From an uncultured Halothiobacillus sp. (lineage in GTDB: Bacteria > Pseudomonadota > Gammaproteobacteria > Halothiobacillales > Halothiobacillaceae), in the NCBI GenBank assembly GCA_964655215.1, contig CAZZMW010000011.1:13417-77416 (forward strand): a DNA stretch of 64,000 nucleotides, written 5' to 3'. Under the pieces are notes generated by a model. It ran no database searches. It was not told where the DNA came from and saw only the letters and a program-made list of their open reading frames with translations. The translations under genes and the position numbers were made by a program. Below, piece after piece: positions 49,255-57,194 of this stretch (the first letter of the stretch is position 1; each line of letters opens with the position of its first letter).

Positions 49255-49288
49255 GAATTACTGATTGTCGTTCTAGGGGTAGTGGTGG

Positions 49289-49345
49289 CAGGACATTGGA
49301 TACCGGGCTGACTGAAAGGTCGCGGTATCTGATCGATATGTCCTG
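49289..49345 (+). promoter_or_regulatory. nested hairpin between shell genes and accessory genes
   Basis: Outer arms CAGGACAT/ATGTCCTG and inner arms GATACCG/CGGTATC. No U-tract follows. Confidence 0.3.
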
Positions 49346-49394
49346 AATGATATGTAAGTACTGTCCGTATCACGAGGCACCGAGGAGCACAATT

Positions 49395-49667
49395 ATGCAG
49401 GAACATGACAATCCGATCCCCGATTGGACCAGGCAAGATTTGCCACCGATGTTGAGTCGACGATTCGAATTCGAAAGCTATTCCGCGACTCGCGCTTTTC
49501 TGGATAACGTCGCGAAAATTGCCGAAGAGGCAAAGAATTATCCGAATCTGAGCTTTGGCAAGACTTATGTCAGCGTCACATTGGACGAGGGCGGAAGCAA
49601 AATTGGCCCCGAATCGGTGGCGTTGGCTCAGAAGATCGACGCACTCGTCTCGAATGAAGGCAAGTAG
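49395..49667 (+). CDS. pterin-4a-carbinolamine dehydratase-like protein (acRAF-type RuBisCO assembly factor candidate)
   Basis: PCD fold pattern (F.F.S...A..F...VA..AE...H.P.L...Y..V.V.L) in the position this gene occupies in alpha-carboxysome loci. Confidence 0.7.
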   Translation: MQEHDNPIPDWTRQDLPPMLSRRFEFESYSATRAFLDNVAKIAEEAKNYPNLSFGKTYVSVTLDEGGSKIGPESVALAQKIDALVSNEGK

Positions 49668-49671
49668 TGCC

Positions 49672-50313
49672 ATGAGTAGTAGCTTGCGCGTTGCCATTGT
49701 GAACCAGAAGGGCGGGACGGGGAAAACGACCTTATCCGTCAACCTAGGCGCCGGATTCAGTCAACGCGGCACCACCGTGTTGCTGGATGCTGATCCACAA
49801 GAATCAGCCGGTCACTGGGCAAGAGTCAGCGGCAACGACGGCGACCTGCCACACATCGAAGGCGTTGTGGCGGGCGAGGTGCGTGAACGCATCCAGCATC
49901 TATCCGCTACACACCGGTATGTGCTCATCGACTGCCCGCCGCATCTGGATTCGGACATCCTGCGTCGTGTTCTGTCTTTCGTGGATATGGTCTTGATTCC
50001 AATACAGCCTTCCCCTCTGGATGTGTGGGCAAGTATTGGCATGGCGGGCGCCGTGCAGGATGCGCGTGTTAGCAATCCTGATCTGCGTGCGTACATGGTT
50101 CTCAATCAACAGGATCACCGCAACGCACTTTCGCGATCCATGCATGAGGCACTGGCTGATTTCGAAATCCCGGTGCTCAAAAACGGCCTGGCGCGTCGTG
50201 CCGCTTTCCGAAGTGCTGCACTGGAAGGCTGTAGTGTTTACCGACTTGGCAAACGCGGTTCCAGTGCCGTGAACGACATAGAAGCAATTATTGAAGAGGT
50301 TTTAGACTTATGA
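49672..50313 (+). CDS. mcdA: ParA-type ATPase, carboxysome positioning McdA-like
   Basis: Walker A NQKGGTGKTT, 213 aa. Carboxysome-locus context, followed by an overlapping small disordered ORF. Confidence 0.8.
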   Translation: MSSSLRVAIVNQKGGTGKTTLSVNLGAGFSQRGTTVLLDADPQESAGHWARVSGNDGDLPHIEGVVAGEVRERIQHLSATHRYVLIDCPPHLDSDILRRVLSFVDMVLIPIQPSPLDVWASIGMAGAVQDARVSNPDLRAYMVLNQQDHRNALSRSMHEALADFEIPVLKNGLARRAAFRSAALEGCSVYRLGKRGSSAVNDIEAIIEEVLDL

Positions 50314-50513
50314 CGACAGTAAGCAACAAACTGACGGCCGGACTCGACAAGGTTCGCGACACCAAACCAACCGAGGCGCCGGCAATTGAAAAAAACACTC
50401 AACCAAAGTCCCCGGTACGTCGCAAACCGGAGCAACCCAAATCGAGTGGAACCCAGACCGCGGATGTCGTGCAGAAGCAAATCATCCCAGCCGCTCGCGT
50501 TTGGCCGGATTGA
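50310..50513 (+). CDS. mcdB: small disordered protein, McdB-like
   Basis: ATGA overlap with mcdA. 67 aa, rich in K/P/T/Q/E with no hydrophobic core. The only Trp is in the C-terminal ...RVWPD. Confidence 0.55.
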   Translation: MTTVSNKLTAGLDKVRDTKPTEAPAIEKNTQPKSPVRRKPEQPKSSGTQTADVVQKQIIPAARVWPD

Positions 50514-50838
50514 TTGATTTGGCGTGTTGCAGCTATCGAAACACATTGGTTTATCGGCCGGTTTTTAAAAATCACTGCCATGAGTTTTAAATGGGCAGGA
50601 GTTTCTGAAGCAGCATGCAAAGCGCATTACCTTCAACGTTCGAATGGACACTCTTGCTCATCACCTTTGGCCGGCGGTTTACCAATGACTTCGATATTCA
50701 GGGTGTGCTGAGAAACCAGTGACTGCCCCAGCTTGCCGCTCGCAGCGGATTTTGATTCCCGCTCGAAGTCGACAAAAGTCCCACGGTTTCAAACGCATCC
50801 CTTGAGCCTGGTACACGCACGATAGAGGATTCCTCCAG

Positions 50839-51786
50839 ATGACACAGGAACTTGCCACGCTATCTAGGAAACTCCTAAGACATGCTTCGTTGCGGCAAAT
50901 AGAGGTTTTCGAATCGGTAGCACGACTCGAAAGCTTTACCCGTGCCGCGGCTGAATTGAACTTGACCCAACCGAGTGTATCGGCGCAAGTCAAAAGCCTC
51001 TCGGAGGTCGTAGGGCTGGATTTGTATGAACAGATCGGCCGTCGCATCTATCTGACCGAGGCTGGGCAAATCGTGTTACGCGGCTGCCGCGAGGCAATGG
51101 ATGCGCTAGCTAATATCGAAATGTCGCTGAATGACTTGAAAGGGTTACGCAAGGGGAGGTTGCGGCTTTCGGTCATTACCACCGCCAAATATTTCGCCCC
51201 GGTCGCCCTGGGTTATTTTGCGGAACAATATCCGGACATCGAACTGGAACTGATCATTTCCAACCGGGATACCCTGATGAGCCGGATCGAGGCAAATGCC
51301 TCGGATCTCTACATCATGGGGCAGGTGCCGCAAAGCCGGATTGATCTTGAGGTGATACCCTTTGCGCCCAACCCCTTGCTGGTAATCGCCCACCGCAGCC
51401 ATCCACTTGCAAATGCACGGAACATTCCGCTCAGTAGGATCGCAGAAGAATCCTTCATCATGCGAGAACCCGGTTCCGGGATTCGGCATAAGACGGAAGA
51501 GCTGTTTGCGCGCCACGGGTTGTCGATCAAGACTCGCCTCGTGCTCGATGGCAATGAAGCGATCAAGCATGCGGTAGTCGGGAAGTTGGGTCTGGCTGTG
51601 GTCTCCGAGCACGCTCTTAATATTGAAGGCGTCGGTGGACCGCTGGTGAAACTTGATGTTCAAGGATTTCCGTTGGAAAGTTGCTGGAACATCGTGTACC
51701 CAAAAGGCAAGGCACTTTCCGTGCTGGCGCGCAAATTTCTGTCCTTTTTGAAAATACACGGCGGCGATTATCTTAAAATTGGTTGA
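50839..51786 (+). CDS. LysR-family regulator, CbbR-like paralog 4 (upstream of dabBA)
   Basis: wHTH LRQIEVFESVARLESFTRAAAELNLTQPSVSAQVKSLSE. Confidence 0.85.
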   Translation: MTQELATLSRKLLRHASLRQIEVFESVARLESFTRAAAELNLTQPSVSAQVKSLSEVVGLDLYEQIGRRIYLTEAGQIVLRGCREAMDALANIEMSLNDLKGLRKGRLRLSVITTAKYFAPVALGYFAEQYPDIELELIISNRDTLMSRIEANASDLYIMGQVPQSRIDLEVIPFAPNPLLVIAHRSHPLANARNIPLSRIAEESFIMREPGSGIRHKTEELFARHGLSIKTRLVLDGNEAIKHAVVGKLGLAVVSEHALNIEGVGGPLVKLDVQGFPLESCWNIVYPKGKALSVLARKFLSFLKIHGGDYLKIG

Positions 51787-51822
51787 AAACCATTATTTGG
51801 ATAACGCGCTCAAAACCAATCG

Positions 51823-51854
51823 ATTTGCCCGACGTTATGTCGGGCAAATTTTTT
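51823..51854 (+). terminator. strong rho-independent terminator after LysR paralog 4
   Basis: ATTTGCCCGAC-GTTAT-GTCGGGCAAAT (11-bp perfect stem) followed by TTTTT. Confidence 0.8.
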
Positions 51855-52260
51855 ATACTCAATGAAAGCTTGCCGAGGTGTATGAAGACGTTATTCAATC
51901 GGTTGTTTCGAGGCATTTCAACCAACAGATAAAGGATGAATCTTTGAAGTCTGGCCAAGAAAAAACACTCGATTTCCATTGAGTGTAGTCTTTTATCGTA
52001 TAGAGATCAGTCTATGAGAAACAATCCAAATAATTTCCCATATCATTGATTTGTTCTCAGATGTATCGGAATAATTGCTTTGATAAACAAGGGGCTGTGT
52101 CGGTTCATTTGACAATGAATAGCTAGTTGGCGTTCAGTTTGATCCAATTATAGATTTAATCCTATGCCAGATTGGCTAAAATCGAATTATACATAGGGTG
52201 AATTGGCGCTTATCGTCTCACATATAGGGTAAATGAAATAAGAGACGTGAGGATAAGACG

Positions 52261-53934
52261 ATGACCGCAGAACTGTTGGCCAAGGCTACTGGGCTGATGT
52301 TACTGGCCATGCCGGTGACAATGCTCGCTTTCTCGCTTCCGAGTGCCCGCACGGGTGTGGATGCCGCCCTGATTTATCGTCGGCGTGTGGCATCAGCAAC
52401 CTTAATCGCGTTTGTACTCGCCCTAGTGTCTGTGCTGATGTATGCCTTCGGGTCGCGCAGTGATGTATTCATGCCGACGATACCTTTGCCCGGCTTAGAT
52501 AGAAGCATCGATCTGCATGTCTCCATTGCCGTCAATGGTATGACCCTATTGTTGGCTTCGCTGGTCAGTTTTGTATTGATGATCATCGCGCGATTCAGCA
52601 TTCAGTATCTCGATGGTGATCCGCACCAGGCGCGTTTTTTCCGTTTGTTAGGGTTCACCGGCGGCTGGTTTCTGTTGGTTGTTATTGCCGGGAACATGGC
52701 ATTGTTTACATTCGCGATCCTGATCACCGGTTTTACTCTACATCGGTTGCTGGGGTTTTATTCTGAGCGGCCCCGCGCCATCATGGTCACGCACAAGAAA
52801 TCGATTTTCAGCCGCACGGCAGATGCGCTGTTGATGATCGCCACGGTGCTAATCGGCCTGCAAGTCGGCAGTCTGGAGTTCTCGGCGATTACCGCCTTTG
52901 TGCATACCCACGACCAGTTGCCTCTGGCAATGCATGTGGCCGCCTGGATGATCGTTCTGGCCGCCATTCTCAAGAGCGCCCAGTTTCCCTTTCATGGTTG
53001 GCTGATCCAGGTCATGGAAGCGCCGACACCGGTTTCGGCACTGATGCATGCCGGCATCGTCTATAGCGGGGCGATCATCGTACTTCGTACCAGCAACCTC
53101 TTGGTTGCTGACGGGTATGCCCACGTTCTGTTGGCCGTCGTGGGCCTGACCACGCTGATCATCGCCTCGCTTGTCATGTTGACCCAGTCAGCCATCAAGT
53201 CGTCACTGGCCTGGTCCACGGCTGCGCAGCTGGGTTTTATGTTGCTGGAACTCGGCCTTGGCCTGTTCGCTCTCGGGTTGCTGCACCTCGTGGGCCACTC
53301 GTTATACAAGGCACATGCATTTCTGTCTTCGGGTGGAATTGCCGATCAACTGCGCCAGCCCAAGATTTTCAAATATCGCCCTGTTTCCCTTGCGGCGTGG
53401 ATGGTCACCTTCCTGGGTAGCCTGGTAATCGTTCTAGGCTTGGTCATCGGCATGGGGTTGAGCTTGCGAGATGAACCCACGCTGCTGGCCTTGGTCGTCA
53501 TCATCGCGCTGGCTACCGCGCAACTGGTGCTCAAGGTACTAAGCTACGGCACCGGCGGGGAGGTGGTGACGGCTATTGTGACTGCGACGGCCATGTCTGC
53601 GATCTACTTTGTCTTGCATGCGTTGTTCATGCACGGTTTTGCCCAGGAATTGGCACCGCTGCCCACCAAGGTATCACCCCTGAACTTGGGCCTGATCGTG
53701 TTGACTATAGCCGGATTCGTCGCCGTGGCCTGGTTGCAGGGGCCGGGCCGTGAACGGATGGCGCGCAGCAGTCAGACGGCCTTGTTCATCCACTTGTATA
53801 ACGGGTTATACGTCGATCGTTGGGTAGAGCGTTTGTCCTATCGTTTGTGGCCGGAAAAAGTAGGGCGCATGACCCGGATGCCGGATGCTGAATTATCTCG
53901 AAAGTCCCGTTGTACCAACGATACCCAAGTCTGA
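52261..53934 (+). CDS. dabB: DabB, NuoL/MnhA-like proton-conducting membrane subunit of the DAB inorganic-carbon pump
   Basis: 557-aa polytopic protein with the NuoL/Mrp antiporter core (FPFHGWL..AMEAPTPVSALMHAG). Immediately followed by the DUF2309 gene. Confidence 0.85.
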   Translation: MTAELLAKATGLMLLAMPVTMLAFSLPSARTGVDAALIYRRRVASATLIAFVLALVSVLMYAFGSRSDVFMPTIPLPGLDRSIDLHVSIAVNGMTLLLASLVSFVLMIIARFSIQYLDGDPHQARFFRLLGFTGGWFLLVVIAGNMALFTFAILITGFTLHRLLGFYSERPRAIMVTHKKSIFSRTADALLMIATVLIGLQVGSLEFSAITAFVHTHDQLPLAMHVAAWMIVLAAILKSAQFPFHGWLIQVMEAPTPVSALMHAGIVYSGAIIVLRTSNLLVADGYAHVLLAVVGLTTLIIASLVMLTQSAIKSSLAWSTAAQLGFMLLELGLGLFALGLLHLVGHSLYKAHAFLSSGGIADQLRQPKIFKYRPVSLAAWMVTFLGSLVIVLGLVIGMGLSLRDEPTLLALVVIIALATAQLVLKVLSYGTGGEVVTAIVTATAMSAIYFVLHALFMHGFAQELAPLPTKVSPLNLGLIVLTIAGFVAVAWLQGPGRERMARSSQTALFIHLYNGLYVDRWVERLSYRLWPEKVGRMTRMPDAELSRKSRCTNDTQV

Positions 53935-53965
53935 GCCCAGCTCGTGAATCGCTAAGGAATCCATA

Positions 53966-56401
53966 ATGAGTACCTCAACGCACACATCTTCACGTCAAAA
54001 CCCGCAGGCTCTTTTGTCACTGATCGAGGAAACCTGTCGTAAAATCGCGCCGGTCTGGCCGCTGGATTCCTTCGTGGCCGTCAATCCCTATCTTGGACTG
54101 ATCGATCGGCCTTTCACGGAAGTCGGAAACTATCTGGCCGAAACCACTGGCGAATACCTGTACATGGACCGTGCGTGGTTCGCCAAGAAAATCATCACGG
54201 GTGCGATCAAGGCTTCGGATCTGACCGAGGCCGCCAATCAGCTCAAGTGTGATATCAGTGTCAACACCATCAAGCAGGCGGCACAGGTCGAACCGACCCC
54301 GAAGAAGCCGCTTCCGCTGCTGGCCCTGGAACTTAACCGTCGTGATGCACCGCCGTTTCTTGCTTTCGTCATTGATCAGATCAGCGGATATCTGGCAGCG
54401 CATTATGACCGTGGGCAGGCGCTCTGGCACATGCCTTCAGAGGCGGAAAAGAGACTGTATTCGTCATGGCGGCAATACACCCTGATCGACCGTTCGTCCG
54501 GCGCGGCCGGTCTCAAAGGGGTGCGAAAGAACCTGCTTACCGTTCCAGAACATTCGGAAGATGCCCTGAGTTGGGCGCTGGCTCAAATCGATTTACCCGA
54601 AGAACAGTTGGCCGATTACTTGTTTGCCACGCTTAAATCAATTGGTGGCTGGGCGAGCTACTGCCGTTATCTGCTCTGGCAGGCTGAGCTTCAGGGCGAG
54701 AAAAATCACGACTTGCGTGATCTGATGGTCATTCGACTGGTTTGGGATGCCCTGATCCTGATGGAGATGGACGAGCCGACACGTCAACGGTGGCGGCTGA
54801 AAATGGCTGAATGGCAGCGCCAGCGCCATGCCGATACAACCGCCGAAGATGCGCCTATCGACGATATCCTCCTGACGGCAGCTGAAATCGCCTTTCGTCG
54901 TCAGGTGGTTAGCGGTCTGAAGTCTGACCGCGCGGATGTACCCGCCAAACTACCGGAGGTACAGGCGGCTTTTTGCATTGATGTGCGCTCAGAAGTCTTC
55001 CGACGGCATCTGGAAGCCTGTATGCCCAATCTGGAAACCATCGGCTTTGCCGGGTTCTTCGGAGTGCCGGTTGAATATTGCCGCCTCGACGAGTCCTACA
55101 CCCGATCCCACACGCCGGTTCTGCTCAAGCCGGTTCTTCGCGCCCAACAAGTGTGCGACGAGGCCATTGCTGAACGGCAACACGCGCGCTTGAGCCGGTC
55201 TGCCACCTGGAAGCAGTTCAAACTCTCGGCGGCATCCTGTTTCACCTTTGTTGAGTCAGCAGGGCTGAGTTATGTGCCACGATTGCTTGCCGATACCTTG
55301 GGCTGGCACCGGCCATCCTTGCCACCTGATGAGGCAGGTCTGACGGCCAAGGAGCGCTCCCAGCTTCATCCGGTGTTGATTGGTGCCAATGGCGGCGCGC
55401 TTTGCGAACAGGAAAAAATCAAACTGGCAGAAGGCATGCTGCGCGGACTCGGATTGATTGATCGGTTCGCCCCCATCGTCCTGCTGGCAGGGCATGGCAC
55501 TTCTACCACTAACAACCCGCATCGTGCGGGTCTGGATTGCGGTGCCTGCGCTGGGCAGACAGGGGAAGTCAGTGCGCGGGTGGCCGCGTCGCTGCTCAAC
55601 GAACCCGCTGTACGGCTCGGACTGGCCGCCACGGGTATTCACATTCCGCGGGATACCCGATTTATCGCTGCGCTTCACGATACCACCACGGATCAGGTGT
55701 CCCTACTTGATGTGCCGACAACAAATGTTGATCCGGCAATTCTGAAAGCGGTCACGCAAGCGATGGAACAGGCCGGTGAACTGACTCGACTTGAACGGCT
55801 GGTCTCACTGGACAAGCAGATTGATCGACAGTCGGCGGCGCGCCATGTCATTCATCGTGGCCGTGATTGGTCGCAGGTGCGGCCAGAATGGGGTCTGGCC
55901 GGCAATGGCGCATTCATAGCGGCGCCACGATGGCGTACCAGAGGTCTCGATTTGCGCGGACGTGCATTCCTGCATGATTATGATTGGCGCAAAGATCACG
56001 ATTTTGGTGTTTTGACCCTGATCATGACCGCGCCGCTCGTGGTTGCCAGTTGGATCAACCTGCAGTATTACGGTTCCACCGTCGATAATGAACGGCTGGG
56101 CTGTGGCAACAAAGTCTTGCACAACGTTGTGGGCGGGCTGGTCGGTGTACTCGAAGGCAATAGTGGCGATCTGCGGATCGGCCTGTCGTTGCAATCCCTG
56201 CATAACGGCGAAACCTGGAGACATGAGCCACTGCGGTTGAACGCGTTCATCGAAGCCCCCACCGATGCGCTGGATCGAACCATTCAAGATCACCCCATGC
56301 TGCGCCAACTGGTGGACAATCACTGGTTGAACCTATGTCAGATTGACGAGAGAGGAGGGGTCAAACGTCGGTTTGCCAATGGTAATTGGCGCGAAGAATA
56401 A
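53966..56401 (+). CDS. dabA: DabA (DUF2309), beta-carbonic-anhydrase-like subunit of the DAB pump
   Basis: 811 aa. FCIDVRSE (C337, D339) and GHGTSTTNNPHRAGLDCGAC (H510, C525). Confidence 0.9.
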   Translation: MSTSTHTSSRQNPQALLSLIEETCRKIAPVWPLDSFVAVNPYLGLIDRPFTEVGNYLAETTGEYLYMDRAWFAKKIITGAIKASDLTEAANQLKCDISVNTIKQAAQVEPTPKKPLPLLALELNRRDAPPFLAFVIDQISGYLAAHYDRGQALWHMPSEAEKRLYSSWRQYTLIDRSSGAAGLKGVRKNLLTVPEHSEDALSWALAQIDLPEEQLADYLFATLKSIGGWASYCRYLLWQAELQGEKNHDLRDLMVIRLVWDALILMEMDEPTRQRWRLKMAEWQRQRHADTTAEDAPIDDILLTAAEIAFRRQVVSGLKSDRADVPAKLPEVQAAFCIDVRSEVFRRHLEACMPNLETIGFAGFFGVPVEYCRLDESYTRSHTPVLLKPVLRAQQVCDEAIAERQHARLSRSATWKQFKLSAASCFTFVESAGLSYVPRLLADTLGWHRPSLPPDEAGLTAKERSQLHPVLIGANGGALCEQEKIKLAEGMLRGLGLIDRFAPIVLLAGHGTSTTNNPHRAGLDCGACAGQTGEVSARVAASLLNEPAVRLGLAATGIHIPRDTRFIAALHDTTTDQVSLLDVPTTNVDPAILKAVTQAMEQAGELTRLERLVSLDKQIDRQSAARHVIHRGRDWSQVRPEWGLAGNGAFIAAPRWRTRGLDLRGRAFLHDYDWRKDHDFGVLTLIMTAPLVVASWINLQYYGSTVDNERLGCGNKVLHNVVGGLVGVLEGNSGDLRIGLSLQSLHNGETWRHEPLRLNAFIEAPTDALDRTIQDHPMLRQLVDNHWLNLCQIDERGGVKRRFANGNWREE

Positions 56402-56896
56402 GTATTCGCGCCACTTCATCCTGCGCGTGCAGCCGCAGTTAGGAACCTCCTATCAACTCCCACGTGGCCGAAACGGACTTCTGAGGGATGAGCCGCAAGG
56501 CGTGGTGCGAAACGGGCTTGCGCCAGCTTCGCGTTATATGGTCATTCCATTCGTGGGTATCGCAACACAGCGGTTCGCCCTCAAAAGCCCGTTCCATGGG
56601 GGTTGCCGCCCCTTATCCATCCTGTAAGGGGTGCAACACTTCATTATCGGCCCTGGCATAGTAGAGTAACCACGACCGGCGGCTTCTGTCTCGTTTTGCG
56701 GCTTTTGGATCAGCAACTCGTATCACGACAGAGTTGATCTGAGGCTTCTTAGTGCGCCCCGCTCAGACGCTGAGCAAAAACTTAAATTACTGTCCGGTTT
56801 GTGTTGACCACTACATAATCTTCTTTATTTCCATCCTTGAAAATAGGCTGGAACCCGCTCATGTACAATAGTCAGCAAAGAATATGGGAGGACATC

Positions 56897-57091
56897 ATGA
56901 ATGACCATGATCTAACCGAGCACGAAATTGCTGATGGTCTCCTCAGTGAGTTGCACCGGTTATGGAATGAATCGTTAGCTTTGGTTGGCCCAGACAAAGA
57001 AGAAGAACGTGCGCTGAATCTGCATGAGAGAAAGGTCATTGCATCAATGTTGACGACCATGGGGCTCACGCCGCCTCCATTGTATGACTGA
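56897..57091 (+). CDS. hypothetical small acidic protein (64 aa)
   Basis: GGGAGG SD 6 nt upstream. No family recognised. Confidence 0.35.
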   Translation: MNDHDLTEHEIADGLLSELHRLWNESLALVGPDKEEERALNLHERKVIASMLTTMGLTPPPLYD

Positions 57092-57194
57092 CTATCACCG
57101 ATTGATGCAAACGTCATGTTTCACAAAAAATTCAGTACGCGTCTTGTGACTTTCGTTCTTAATGGCCCAGTAAAAGAGCGAGCAAATTCCGTCC

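Noticed and set aside
56402-56836. Group II intron fragment or known ncRNA downstream of dabA (GTGCG at about 56507).
   Set aside because: No domain V-like sequence, no reverse-transcriptase ORF, and insufficient length before the next gene. No known RNA family was recognised by eye.
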